A DNA stretch of 63,968 nt, the filler included, from Klebsormidium nitens (lineage: Eukaryota > Plantae > Klebsormidiophyceae), in NCBI GenBank assembly GCA_000708835.1. It is 7 parts of 7 records of this genome, joined end to end, with 100 filler letters (N's around TTAATTAATTAA, not from the genome) between each part and the next. Parts side by side here need not be neighbours in the genome. Positions count along the whole stretch, not along the records: positions 1 to 27,378 come from DF237820.1; positions 27,479 to 30,529 come from DF238441.1; 5 more parts are not named here. The stretch is one strand, 5' to 3'. This document shows, in pieces, positions 11,762 to 28,315 of this stretch (the stretch's first letter is position 1; the number at the start of each line of letters is the position of its first letter). The notes below the pieces were generated by a model. It saw only the letters and a program-made list of their open reading frames with translations, did not search any database and was not told the DNA's origin. The position numbers and the translations under genes were made by a program.

Positions 11762-13322
11762 AAAAACTCGGACGAAGATGTACGAAAGCTTGCATGAGCA
11801 GGGGAGCCGAGTGGTCGTGTCTGTACGAAAGGATTGTGCATGCAATTTTGGTCTCGCTGAGCCTTGGTAGGGGTAGGTCGAGGGCTGTACAGTATTAACT
11901 CCGAGTTTCTGATCGCGTCTATACACAAAGCTGAGAGACCAAAAGTCGTGTAGTTGATAACCATACAGTATCTTTCGCTCGCTTGACTTGATATTTTAAA
12001 ACTGTCGCTTCATTGCTTGTCCAGCCTAGCAACTGTCATCATTTCCTACATTCTGTCATATTAAAAATGTTCATGCTCATATCTTCAGAAATTCGACATT
12101 ATGATCGATTGAAACAAACAGATGTGTGTATATGACAAGTATTCCAAATTTGTGCAAGCTGAAATTAGATGAGCCATTTGAAGTTTATTGCACCTACAAT
12201 CAATTGTCTTCATAAGGAGGTTGTTGTGAATATAATTAAACAAATGATGGTACGTGATCGAATAATTGTGAGCATTATCTTAAATCTAATAGTTGGCATG
12301 TCGTATAAGAATTGTTAGTGAAGTTTCTCTTTATGTTCCTCAACAATCATAAAACTTGAATCACCACTTGCCAGAGCAAGATACTGCTCATGGTCGAAAA
12401 AGTACGAGCCGCAATTGCATACTTGCTTGATAAGGCGTGCGACCGTGCCAATTATAATTCTCAGATTTGAAGTCCCGTTTACAAGGCATGGCTGGAACCA
12501 TGTCCGATCCAATCTTCGACGAACTGACGATGGTCTTGTTATGCAAGACAGCTCGAAACCGTCCGACACGGCATAACGTACATCAAACGCTTCCACATAT
12601 CCCACAATTCACCTCCTCTTTCCCGAGTCTCTCCATCATCACATGAAGTTTTGTGTTTCGCAGAGGAGTTTCAATCGCTTCAAAATCCAGAGCTAGTCAG
12701 GCCTAAGTGCTAAGAGTCGTCGTAATTGCATGGCTGATTGTTGTACTAGTTGTACTTGTGATCCACTAGGCCTGTCGTGGCCCCGATCGGACTTGCACAG
12801 AATCATCGATCCGGATTGTTCTGATCATGTCAGAACGCTTCTGCTGAATTACCGCATACGTTCTTGTCTCTCATTCTCGAAAAGACGACGTGCTTCTCTC
12901 TCTGATTAGTATAAGAATATCATTCTGTGCAGTTTTCAGGAGATGTCCACTGCCATACGCATGTACCGCTCTGCAGCTTTGCGAAGCTTAAATAGCCTCT
13001 TTGTGCAAGCCGCCGAGCGCACAATCGACAATTTCGACAGGGAAGAAACTCGACTCTCAAACAAGCGACATCGCCGTATTCGTACCCTCCAGCCCAACGG
13101 ACGAACGGGGTTCTTATGTCATTATATAACCGCTGTCACAACCTTGCTCAATGTTCTCACGTCAGCCGCCTGCCCCAGCGCAGTGCGTCTTCAAGGAACA
13201 TCAGCTTGTTGGGATCTGATGCACCGCCCCTCATAAGACCTGCGACCCAAGCATCGTACACTGCAGAATACCCTGCTGAACACCCCCCCTGTACAGCTGT
13301 CTACTATGGTACATTCGGAGAA

Positions 13323-16420
<3,098 letters not shown>

Positions 16421-18087
16421 TGCTCAAGCTCCAGCCGCCCCTCCTCCTGCCTTAGTGCAGTATCTCCACAGGGCTTCAACAAGAGATCTTGACTCTTGGG
16501 CTGCCGCGCCCTTCCTCAGAATTGCAGAGTTGCCCCTCTGCTCTACCTTTCTCGCTGCAACTTCAAGCTCAAATGACCCTTGCTATGAATTCAGACCGCT
16601 TGTGACTGCTACATATATTGCGTTCTGATTGCTAGACAGGAGTATGGGCAGCAAAAAAATTCTAGGTCAGGGGCAGGCTAATCAGAGTCTGTCCTGTCAA
16701 ACTGCGCTGAAGGACGTGCTTCCTCCACTGGTGAAAGCAATGCTGAAGGTCCAAAGACTGATAACGATGCAAGCTTGCTGCTCTATTCAAGGTAGGTGTT
16801 ACTGTAGCAAAGTATTCAAAATGCTGAAAGCGAGAAATGATCTGTGACACCTGGCAACATTAAGCCTACTGTGTGTTAGAATTTGCTGAAAGCAAGGCAA
16901 CTTGTGGCAGCAGCTTGACGTTGCTGAAGCGCAGCAAACGGTCAATTGCTCCTTGTGTAGAGCGCAGCACAAACTCAGATAACTTCGAACTTCGATATTT
17001 GGAGGGCCTTGTTCTTGTGTGCAGCCCAGCTGCAAAGCACAGGTAGGCGCACACTTCGTTCCCCTTCCCTTCGTTCCACTTCGTTCCCCCCTTTTCAATT
17101 GATTATTGAGCCCAAAGCGGAGCACATTACCGTTATGATGAAATTTCTGACCACGTGGGTACTTCAAGGATCAATGGATTGCAATTTGCGTCTCCTCTTT
17201 TCATCACGACCGTTCACATTCCTTTCCTCTTGCATGACATCATGCAGGCTTCAAAGAAACCGCCAAACACCCAAAGATTGCTCGCGCACAAGGTGTAGGT
17301 CAACAGCAACTGTCCGATGATGGTCACTCAAATATCGAGCCGTCGATATCATATTCCGCAACGAACCCACGAAGGATTCCAAATGCGCCGTCATACAAAG
17401 CAAGCTCCAAGCGCCCTGACTGACTGCCTTAAACTAATGAGCAAGGAAAAAACAAGCGACTGGTAGCACTGGTCGCGCGTCTTTCGTACGCATGAATTTT
17501 TGTTGGATCATATAGGCTGGCCGGGAGCTGACACTGCCTACTTCGCAGGACTTTCCTGAGCAGGCCTCCCCACTTCCACCCACAACACGTGTCTCACATG
17601 CATCATTGTAGAACAGAATATTGCTCGCGCAAGACTCTCCTGAACATACGGGCCTCCCTCAAAACCTCCAGCCGCATGCTATTCAGACTCGCATGCAAGA
17701 TTGTATATATCAAACTACTACGTTCCCCAATATATGTAGCTAAGCATGCCAAAACAACAGACTATTATGAATTTCTCCATGCTTGCAGGATTTTAAAATG
17801 CAATAAGACATTTCAAAACTTATCTACGCGTGGTACACCGGCGTGGCCAATTTAGTATTCCTCAAAAGAAACATGGGTAATCAATCACAGCGCACATAAA
17901 GACCGAGCTCAATCCAAACTGCGTTGGGTTGGAAAGCCTCATGGCCCAATAGCGGAATTTTACCCGAGCAAGTTTAAGCTTCATGCGACTTTTGACACTT
18001 GACGAGATTATGATGCAACAAAGCCTCACAGCCATCGACCGATACCTTCGTACTCATAGCTCAAGGAGTCCACCTTCCTTCTCGCAT

Positions 18088-21000
18088 TCACGATTTGGTC
18101 CTTTTTCGTTGTTTTGAGGAGCCATTCGCTCCTAGCTTGCTACGAGACCCTAGAAGCCCTTTTTTCTTGTCGCTTTTGACTTCACTACCGCTGACCTCTA
18201 CTTTCTTCTTCTTCTTCTTCTCATTTTTTCCCGGAGTGTCTCCGTTCTCCACCTCCCCGTGACCGTTTCCAATCCCCTTTTTCTTTGCCTTTTTCCGAGG
18301 CCCCACTGGGTCATCCTCTTTTTCCGTCTCTGGTACTCCCGCACCATCCCCCTCGTCCCTGATGTCATCGTCTTCTGCACCGGTCCCCTCCTCCGGCCCT
18401 TCCCCTTCCTCTCCCTCACTGACCCCTGCTTTCTCTACCCCCTCATCCTCTGGCCCGCTGCTCCCCTCGTAGTCACTGTCCACCACTTGCACCCGCTTTA
18501 CCTGGTCCAAGCTAGTAATGCCGTACTGGCTCAGGTCTACCCCGCTAAATATCAACGGCTTTCCGCTCGGTTTCTCGAGCTCCGCGGGCGGAAGCTCTGG
18601 CGCCAGCGCGACCTCGTGCTGAGCCGCGGCCGCATCCTCGGTGGGCGCGAGCACGGACATGGACGCCAGCGTGTAGTCGAGTAAGAAGGTGCTCCGAACC
18701 TGGAAAACACGACAACAGAAGTTACGACACAGGAAAGACGCTTCACATAAATACTTTAAAACATGCAATGTGAGTCGACGGCGGACATTAACGGGAGCGG
18801 AACGATGCCACGATTTTGATCTACACAATCACAAGAGAGTACTTTGCTCTCCCCGCCCAGCTCATAAGGTCCCCAGATGTTGAAATGGAAAACTCTGACC
18901 CGTTTACCGTCAACGGCATCCAAGCTTCTTCTTGTACCACCTTGCACCAGTCAAACACAGACAAACCCTGCGCTAGTAGAAAGCTGGAGCAAAATTATGT
19001 CCGTTCTGCTTGGCAGAAAGCAGCAGACAAGGAGCTGCGGCACCCACCAGGCGATCCATCCGGTTGAAGTGCCGCTGCGAGTAGGGCAACAGGCCCTCCA
19101 CAATCTCCTTTATTTGAGGGACCTGCAGATGTATACACGTATCTTCATGTAAGCCCAAAGCGCATAAGCCTTGCACACAGCTCCTCGGGAAGGCGCTTCA
19201 GCTTTCAAACAGGTCCAACTTGTTTCAAGAAAAATTTGGGGCCCAGCAATTCTTAAGAGGTGCATCCTTCGGACCGCTTCTAAAATCTCCTGACGAATAA
19301 GTAAACCGTTCATGCATTGGGGAATTTGAGATAGTATATTGGGGATATGGTATACATAGTCAAGCAGATAGGTCTGCAGTATTGCATTCGGGGGTTTGAT
19401 CACTGAACACACGGGGAATGCAGGTCGACGATGCTTACCTCCGCTAGAGTGTCAGGAGGATGCACTCTGAATACGCCCGACAGCACCGCCTGCGCTGTGT
19501 GGCAGAAGCGCGCGTTTGAGTTCCACTCCCGAATGTAGGACAGCAGCAGCTGCGAGACAGGGAAAATATTAGCAAAATAAGCACAGACCAACGAGAAGGA
19601 CTATGCGGAGTATGAAAATAAACTCAAGACCAACTGACGACCGATACGACATCGTCTCAGCAGGCAAAATGTGGCGTAGGCACTCTCTTAAGCCCGAGAA
19701 CCTTGACGTGATGCAAACTAGACCACTGGTACATTAAGGTAACAATCCCCTCGTTTACGAGCATCGTTACGATCAAACGGCTCTCTGTCTCCCAACACTT
19801 CGTCCAGCTCTTCTGCACAGAACGCTCTCCGCCATGAAAACCACTTGCGTTCAATCTTCTTCCTTACAGCCTCCTTCCGCTCTCACCTGCAGGTGCTCCT
19901 TGTCCAGCCCCGCCACTGCGTGCTCCACCTTCTCCGCCCCCCCCGCCCCCCGCAGCAGCTCCTCGAACACTTTCAGCATGCGGAACGGTCGCCGCAGCTC
20001 GAACGCCAGCCGCAGCGCGCGCACGTAGTCCGTGGCCGCGAGCGCGTTGCTGAGGTCCTGGTCTTTCAGCAGCTCCGCCTGCTCCTCTGCTAGAGCCTCC
20101 GACTCGTCCTCGCGCGTCGTGTCCGCCCAAACGGCTACTAAGGAGTCGCCGCCGCCCGTCGCAAGGCGGGTCTCGTCGGGGCTTGCCGCCAGGGCCCAGA
20201 TCTGGAAAGCAGGAGCGGAAAAGTGATTCGGTGGGCGGTGTGTACTGAAGACTGCGACGGTGCAGGGAAGAGGTGGCTGGGAAGATTCATCCTCTGGGAG
20301 GTGCTGGGAAGGAGTGCATCGTCGCGTGATGCACGATCATGGGAGTAGCACGGCTAGCAGAAGCAGTGTGATTAGCAGAAACTTTGTGAATGCCGCAGGG
20401 GTGCAAGGTCAGGATAGAGGAGAACGTTTTGTAACCCAGAACGCATGTCTCGCCTCTTCCACCCTTTGACAAATCAAGGACAGGAATCTACGGCAACACT
20501 GCGCTGGCCAAGGGAAGCCAAAAAAGTACTCTGCGTGATCGCTGAAACAGTGCACGTTACAGAAAAGAAAGGCAATAGAATCGCGTAAAACTGAACAATG
20601 CACGTCACAAAAAGAGAAAAAGTCATGGAGTCCCTGTACTTCGTCGAAATCAGAGAGAGGCGGCTCGCACTCACCTTGTCCTGGTGCTCGTCGAAGGTGT
20701 TGACGCACTCGTTGGTCCGGATTGTCCACAGCTTCACCAAGCCGTCCGCACCTGAAGCACAGGAACACGGGACCCGCTGTGAGACGTCCCTCTCATTTGC
20801 CTCAGAGACACACCAGAAGCCTGAAACTTCTGACAGACGTTCGTAAACATTTTGAACCCTCACCTTTTATCAAAAACCCTGTCTATAGCCAGGTTTTTCC
20901 GACAGTAGCAGCGCTGTCTGCTGCGCATACGCAGACTGCACAGGCAACCATCTTCAACTCCGCTGGGAGTAGAGCATCAGCGCTGCTGATCCCAAGGGTC

Positions 21001-24000
21001 CTGTATCGCGCACGTGCCTTGAAGCCCTCACCTGCTGACACGATCTGCGTGCCCCGGCTGAGGAAGGTCGCCCGCAGCACTGACGCGGTGTGGCCCTCGA
21101 AGGTCTTGAGGCACGACCCGTCCGCCAGGGCCCAGATGCGCACCGTCTTGTCGCCCGAGGCAGTCAGGACAGCCTGGAGGGAGGGGACCGAGATGCACGG
21201 TCAGGGAGGATTCTCAAAGTATGCGAGTGCCGCCAGGCACTCAACTGAGAGGCTGTGTTATAAAGGCTGCCGTGCGATTGGTTCCAAACAGAAGGCCAAG
21301 CTGAAGGGGGCGGTGTTGACGAATTCATGAACCAACGGGCTGTACTATACGTTCATGCATGGGCAGCCAAGCGGGCTACTGACGGCGTGACTGGTGTGAG
21401 AGGGCCCTTCGAAGTGCGTGATACGGCATTTTATCAAGTAATGCTCGAAGCCAGCCACAAAGCTTCAGGATGAAGCTCACAAAGACAGCACACGCTGGAA
21501 TGCAACAGCCTGCTTCTCATACCTGATCGACGGGCGAGAACTCGACGGACCAGATCCCCCGCTTGTGGCCTCGCAACGTTCGGACGGGAGCAAGTTCGGG
21601 CAGCCGCCAGATCCGGGCCGTCCGATCCTGGAAGAAGCGAGAGCAAATGTCAGATAGACAGAAAAGAAGAACTCCGTCACAAAGCAGCTGAACAACCAGA
21701 ACAAGGCACCCTCTAAACCACTCGAGCGTTCTTGAACGTGTGATTCGGAGCGACAGTGTGATGATGCAAGTGAAGCGATGCAGATTGCCTGCTAACATAC
21801 CTAGTCAAGGAGCATGCATGAACCAATTCCCGGCGTCCTAAAGTGGGCGTCCTGGGCCCGATACGGCAGACGTCACATAGCGACATCGAAACACAGCTTT
21901 CAACTATCCTGCCGCCGGAAAGTTGGTATCAAAGTTCGTGCCCCGGGCACTGGGCCCTGCTAAATGTGGCCGGGTGATAATGTTGAATAGACGCCCTCTC
22001 CAACAGAATCGAAACGCAAGAATCAGCCCCTGTCCTGACCTGCGAGCCGGTGCACGCAAGGCTGTCGTTGGGCGCAATAGCCACGGCATTAATGTCCTTC
22101 TCGTGCGCCGCCACCACCGCCTGCGACTTTATTCCACCGTCCGCAAACAGCTTCTCCAGCGTCCAGTACTTGAGCGTCCGGTCGCTCGCCCCCGTGACGA
22201 CAAACTTGCACCCGCGCCGCGAGAACGCGAGCGCGCCCACCGCCGCGGAGTGGCCCGTGGCAGAAGCGAGGCACGCCCCAGTGGCGACGTCCCAGATGCG
22301 GAGGCTGTGGTCCTTGCCGGCGGACGCGAGGAGCGGTTGCCCCGAGGGGCCGGTAGCGGCGTCCAGGCAGAGGACGATGTCGGTGTGGCCGATGAGGGAG
22401 CGCGAGCAGGCGCGCGTCGCCAGGTCGTACAGCCGGATCTGAAAAGGGGGTTCTGAGTTATAATGGCCTGAAATTCTGGATGCGCGGAACAGAGGGGGCA
22501 TCAGGGGCCTTGAACGGTTCGAAAAGCGTTTTCGCAATCGGGACGAGGAGCTCAACTGGATGAATAGCAGTGAGGCTGGGCCAGGTCGTTGAGCTGGATC
22601 CGGAAAGGGGGGTGCAGGTTGAGAAGGGCCTCGAAGATAGAACTTGGCACGAGAATAGGACTGGGGCGCCTTTGAATGTGGGGCAAAAAGATTTCCAATC
22701 GGTAAGCGAGGCTTCATTATGCGGCCACCTGCGCAACGCGCAACCGGATCTTCTAAGATACCGGGTTTAAACGGCCTGTGGTGTCGGGAAAAGCCTGCAG
22801 TAGAGCTAGGGGGGTGCCACGCGGCGGCGGCGCACCTGTTCGCTATTGGTGGCCACCGCCAAAGTCTGCCCCTCAGGCCCCAGGAACCGCAGGTCCGTGA
22901 TCTCGTCGTTGTAACCAATCAGCTCCTTCGCCATATGCAGCGCAGAGCCGGACGTCGACGCCTCTCCGCCGTCGGACACCTGCCCATCGCGCTCCTGCAA
23001 CAGCAACAGTAGAAAGGTGGAATGGATATCCCAGAGAAACTGTTGCTTCGAAGCCAGAGAGCTGTGTGGAGAAGAGAAGCCAGAGGAACGGAAACAAGGC
23101 CGCCGTCGGATAACAGCCAATGGGCATCTTCGAAGGGCCCGTTCGCGTAGACCCGGCCGGTCTGAGAACTGGCTACAAAGACCCCGTTCCGCAGAGCATC
23201 ATTTCAATGCATATCGTCGAGCATTTTCTTTATTAAAAGGCTTTCCCACATGTAGTTACAGTAGGACCTACATGACTGGATTACGCATACTCCTGTTGAT
23301 CCACTTCTTTACAAACAATCAAAATCCCGCATGACTGCGAGACTCGGAACATCTACGGTGGCAACAGGCTAGAAAGCCAAGCAATGCTCCAGGCAGGCAT
23401 TCACACCTGCTGCGCCGCTTCGTAGAAGACGAGGCGCTGGTCTCCCGTGGCGCACATGAGGCCGTCCCCGCCGTGCGTGGCCACCACATCCGTCAGCCGC
23501 AGCGCGGCCACCGCGCCCTCGTCTTCGCTCTTCGCCGCAGACGACAGCGCCTCCACCGTGGGCGAACGATACTCATACACGCACTTGGCGCTGCAGCAGA
23601 AAACACCCGAAACGTGGTGTCTTTCTGCTGCTCTGCCCCGAGAAGGACGAGGGCTCGTGCTCCTGTTTGGAAGGGTTTTGACGAAGCGCACTGCCGCTGG
23701 TACGGCCTTGTTGAACAGTCCCGCAAGTAGTAGGAGCCTTCACATCCGTCAACGGCACAGTCGCAGCTTCCAAACTATTGCAGTTTGGATGCAGAGGCAC
23801 AAGAGTTGCTCTGTTGCTCGATGCGTATGCGGTCAAACGGGGTCACTTGTGGCTCACCTATCAGCATCCCACACGCGGATAACGCCCGACTCCCCCACCG
23901 TGACGAAGCGGACACCGGCTGGACTTTTCTTCCTGGCCCGCTTCAGAGCTGGCTCCAGGATACGCAGGGCGCCCGGTAAGGCCGACCCGGGGGGGACCAC

Positions 24001-26526
24001 AGAGACGCCCTGCGGCAGCAGTGACACCAGATTATGTGCAGCTTTGGCAGTCACTCATACACTACAAACTCAGATGGCTACAGGAAAGTGTTTGAACACT
24101 TTTGAGTACTGGCCTTAGGTACAAAGTGTGGTGCGCAAAAGCACCGGACTTTCACCAGCCCAGCTTATTGAACGGTGTTCGAAGCAGATCTAGGCCTGGC
24201 TCAAAAGTGTGCTTTCGTTTGGCCAGAGAGCAACGTCAAACTTCAGCTGCCTGACCGTCTACATGAGGATTGCATAAACCACGTTCCGTCTCAAATTCCA
24301 ATGATGAAACCGACCCCCCAGTCTGGCGCTGATCCCTCAGGAACTTTTTACAACGGCAAACGAGTTTCCTCAATTACCTGCAAATCAAGTATTGCGCCGA
24401 AAGTGGCATGAGCAACGGGCTACCAGAAGTAGGGACTGACCCCATGCCACAATCGGCCGGTTCGACCGGGCCGCATGTCCCCTCCCACAAACCACCCTTC
24501 CAATTGTTTTCGCTCACCTCGAGAGCCTCGTAGACGGGCACAGTCGTGATGAGCGTGTTGTCGCGCAGATTCCACGCATTGGCCACCTTGTCGCGCCCCA
24601 CGCTAAGCAGCGTCCACCCATCCGTAGACACCGCCAGCCCCGTGACGGTTGAGAAGTGCTTGCGCAATGTTGCGGCGCACGTCTTGGTGACCAGGTCCCA
24701 GACCTTTACACTGGCGTCGTCGCCAGCGGAGAAGAGCTGCGCACCCAGGAGAGTCGGAATCATAAGGCCAAGTGGGTATGATCACAAGCACTTTGGCATA
24801 CCGGATAGTGCCCACATTTATCTTTGCAGCTGCATCTGTCAAAGGGGTCAGAGTCTTCTTCTGTAGAAACCCGCAAGGAGACCCAAGCAGGGGAAGTTGC
24901 TGAAATGCTGGCAGTGATTATGCCATTTCCAAACGAAACCTTGGACATCGAGAAAATGATAGAGAGGTCCTTGGGATCAGATGGACTGGTTGATTAGGAG
25001 CTTTACCTGCAATCGGTGTGCGTCTGGGTGGAAGAGGACCCGGGAGACCACCCCCTGGTGCCCCTTGAACGAGTGGGTGCAGAAGCCCTTCTCAACATCC
25101 CACACGCGCACGCTGCGAAGAAAAGAAAAGTCACAACGACATTGCAACCACAGTTCAGAGACAGATCCACCTTGGTGCAGTTTGCCTCGACTTCTTCCCA
25201 ACAATTCTCTATCAGCCTGGAGGTACGTGGCCGAGCATTTCTTCAGCAACGGCAAAACGGACCGTCGTCCATTGATGGGCGCACAATTATCCTCCCACTG
25301 CACTTTGAAGCTTGCACAAAATGTAACGCAAATGTCGCATGGCCTTTGAATTGAATACCCGCACCGCCCCCAGGTCGCATGTCCGCACGTCTTCAATCGG
25401 GAAGCATCAACAATCACTTTCCCACCTCCGTACCCCCCGCTCACCTCCTGTCCGTGCTTGCTGTTGCCAGCAGCCCCCCGGAGGCATCCACTGCCATATC
25501 CGCCACCGGGCCATCGTGTGCCTTCCAGCTGCGCCGGCACTCCCCCGTCTCCTTATCCCACCACTTCGCCTGCAAGCTGCGGCTTGCACTGAACACATTC
25601 CGCCCCTTGGGCCCCACCGCAACTGCGGTGATGAGCTCCGTATCCTGCAACCAATTGGCGATAGTCAGCTTCCAAATCGCAAAGTGGTAAAAACGTCAAC
25701 CTATCAATGCAGTCTGACCAAGAGGGTAGGTGGAGCTCAAACATTGGCAGAAAAGCAGGTTGCCTATCCGTGTGTTTAGCACACTTTGTAGCAAGTGGAC
25801 AGAAGAAGGGGGCAATGCGGGCCAAAAAGTCGAAATCGGCTCCTTCACATATGTTTACAGACCCAAAATCTTTTTGATATGGCACATAGCATGCTGAGAT
25901 CAGCCCAATCTGAACTCACCCCTGGGAACGTTCTCAATACTGTGTTGCTGGCAATGTCAACAACCTGCAGCCACAAGTAGAACACTATTAAGCACCGGTT
26001 TAACATCAGACAAGCGAAATTGATGCTAGAATAAAGCCATGAAGGAGGCACCATACAACTGTGGGGCCTCATTAAGCACCAGGAGCCTTTGGAATGAAGC
26101 CACCATTACCGTGTAGGACACGCTGTCGGCAGTTCTGATGGACAGGTGGTATGCAATGAGAGGATATAGTGATGTGCGTCCTCTGGTGCTGCATTTTTGA
26201 AGCTTGGCTATTTTCATCAACGATGGTAGAGGGCGCATGGCTGATCCGGATCAAAGTGAGCCAACTCTCGCATTAACATAGCCAGAAAGAAAAGGCCCAT
26301 ATGTGGATCCAACGACAGAGCACAACTCTCTTGGACTCCCCCGGTTCTTTGAGAAGCCCAAGTCCTTCTTGCGCCTCACCTTCACTTCCTCTGAGCAGGG
26401 GCACACCACGAAGCTGCCATCCTTGGAAAGTGCTACACGGCCCCCAGTGTAGAACACCTCAAGCTTGGAGGCTGGGCGGTAGGTCTTCTTCAGCAGCCCC
26501 TTCCCAGCAATTGCTGGGGACGCCAT
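18088..26526 (-). CDS. UTP13: U3 snoRNP WD40 protein UTP13/TBL3 (TORMOZ-like), multi-exon
   Basis: N-terminus LKKTYRPASKLEVFYTGGRVA; many WD40 exons (AHDGPVADMAVD, GHQGVVS, GHTDIVLCLD, AHEKDINAVAIAPND, GHKRGIWSVEFSPVDQ, GHTASVLRATF); Utp13 C-terminal WNSNARFCH and RL|VRSTFLLDYTL, followed by a long acidic/Lys-rich tail. Confidence 0.93.
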
Positions 26527-26692
26527 CTTGTGGCAGCGGCTGCTTGAGCACGAGAAGGGACCCTTCTACTTAAAAACTGATGCCTACCAGTTTGACTGCC
26601 ATGCGCAATGCTAAACTAAACCACCAAGAAGGACGCCATTCGAAGGCCAAAATCAGAAGTTGAATTGGGACACCATTTGACATGGATACATT

Positions 26693-27094
26693 CAGTGTTC
26701 GTGGCGAAACCTAATTGATTTCGCCAATTAGGTTTGCGCATTAGTTTGCGCATATTCGCGCAAACGGAGGAGTTTGCGCAGGCTGGCGAAATTAAGCGCG
26801 GCCGCGCGGCCGCGCGGCCGCGCATATGCGCGCAAGCGTATAATGCCTGTGTCAATGACATTCTGGGCTCAGGTGGCAGTTACATTTGACCTTGTATAAG
26901 CAGTCTGCATTTGAGGCGGCTGTTAGGTGGGTTAGCGTCAGACCATCACCTATTTAGGCACCAAATCATAGGCTGGGGCGCCCGAAATCGCATAAGCATA
27001 CAGGTAATTTCGCCAATTTCGCCAATTAGGGTGAATTTGCGCTTCAGCAATTAGTGTTCGCGCATTTCCGAAAACAATTTCGCCACGATCACTG
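26693..27094. mobile_element. 402-bp non-autonomous hAT-type MITE
   Basis: 17-bp TIRs CAGTGTTCGTGGCGAAA / TTTCGCCACGATCACTG (1 mismatch); 8-bp TSD GATACATT (26685-26692) / GATACATA (27095-27102); multiple subterminal TTTCGCCA/TGGCGAAA motifs. Confidence 0.85.
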
Positions 27095-27378
27095 GATACA
27101 TAGCTTTGAGCCATCCCCCAGTTCTGTCGAAAGCGGAGTCCACATTTTATTTAATACCTAGTCCTAGATAAAAGATAAGATTTGAAACCATTCCCGTTTC
27201 AATGTTTGTCGCTGCCCGTTACCGCCAACAGGGATGTCACGGCATCTCGGACCGCAAGCAGACTTGCACCTGCGCCTGCGACAGCCTGGCCATATTGGCT
27301 TGCCACTTCCTCTTAGGAAGTAGGCAACCATAGGAATGGGGCATTTCGCCGCTGTACGACGCCGTGACGGAGGCAGTT

Positions 27379-27478
27379 NNNNNNNNNNNNNNNNNNNNNN
27401 NNNNNNNNNNNNNNNNNNNNNNTTAATTAATTAANNNNNNNNNNNNNNNNNNNNNNNNNNNNNNNNNNNNNNNNNNNN
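27379..27478. other. Artificial scaffold spacer N44-TTAATTAATTAA-N44
   Basis: All-frame stop linker flanked by Ns, identical at six places in the window. Confidence 0.98.
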
Positions 27479-27521
27479 GCATCAGTTGCATCAGTTGCAT
27501 CAGTTGCATCAGTGCATCAAC
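27479..27521. repeat. GCATCAGTT 9-bp microsatellite at scaffold start
   Basis: (GCATCAGTT)3 followed by GCATCAGT and GCATCAA, then degenerate GCAT-rich sequence. Confidence 0.8.
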
Positions 27522-27689
27522 ATAGGTGCATGAGGGCATTTGTGCATTCATGCATCAGCGGCATCGGTAAGTGCACTTTTTAACAAGAACTCTCTTGATT
27601 ATTGTTGCATCATTGATTAGAATGTTTGTATCTTGTCCTTGAAACAGACTACCCATTTTGCATTTCGCAAAGGAATCAACGAGGACTTT

Positions 27690-28103
27690 CTACCCACCCG
27701 TCTGGTGTTGCATGACATCAAATTCATACCGCTCTCCTGACCTCCACGGAATTCCCGAGTCTGCCACTAGTTCCTCGTCACATAGGATCTGGTAAGAAGA
27801 TAGATCTGAGATCCCAGCTTCTTCGCGGAAGTCTTTGAGACAGCCGGCCCAGGTCTTCTTTGTCGGGAAGTGGTATTCAAATACCTCCCCATTCTGAGGC
27901 TTGAAGGTGACGTAGACATGCTTCCTGAGCTCATCTAGACACTTCACCAGGGAGTCTGGTTTCAGCTGATTCTTACCGACATAGTCTCTAAAGGCCTTGC
28001 AAGTAATCGTGTGCAGCTTCTTATCAGCATCCCAGGTCGCTACAGCTGCAAGCAATTCTGGGTATGTGTCGCTGCTCTTGGTGCCAGCTCTGCAGCTTCT
28101 CAT
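27690..28103 (-). CDS. Divergent SUMO-like protein (beta-grasp) with an N-terminal extension, ending HQTGG-stop
   Basis: HVYVTFKPQNGEVFEY...CLKDFREEAGISDLSSYQILCDEELV...EFDVMQHQTGG* aligns by eye with plant SUMO (HINLKVKGQDGNEVFF...[22 protein letters not shown]...IDAMLHQTGG). The 5' end is uncertain: an ATG at 28103, or a splice acceptor CTGCAG near 28092. Confidence 0.7.
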   Translation of the reverse strand: MRSCRAGTKSSDTYPELLAAVATWDADKKLHTITCKAFRDYVGKNQLKPDSLVKCLDELRKHVYVTFKPQNGEVFEYHFPTKKTWAGCLKDFREEAGISDLSSYQILCDEELVADSGIPWRSGERYEFDVMQHQTGG

Positions 28104-28315
28104 GCAGCTCAGACAGTGACAGTTCAACCCCGTCAGCAGTGGCCGCTTGCGCCATTGCTGTATCGCTGTATTGCTATAGTGCTGCTCCCTGCAAATCCAA
28201 CCTTTCTACCGTCGCCGGCGTCCTTTGCGGCCTCAACTCCTGTTAACTGACTATGTTGCATTCCTCGGGCCGCATCATATCTTATAGAACCCTAAATCGG
28301 CATTTGTGAGGCGAT

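Noticed and set aside
2768-12900. TET/JBP dioxygenase associated with the KDZ transposase
   Set aside because: No HxD...H 2OG-Fe(II) dioxygenase-like ORF was recognised near the element.
18088-18828. Stand-alone acidic/Lys-rich protein
   Set aside because: It is the last exon of UTP13, carrying the VRSTFLLDYTL motif.
27423-27434. TTAATTAATTAA as a biological motif (PacI-like or piggyBac TTAA)
   Set aside because: It is the same linker centred in exactly 100 nt at six sites, so it is an assembly artefact.
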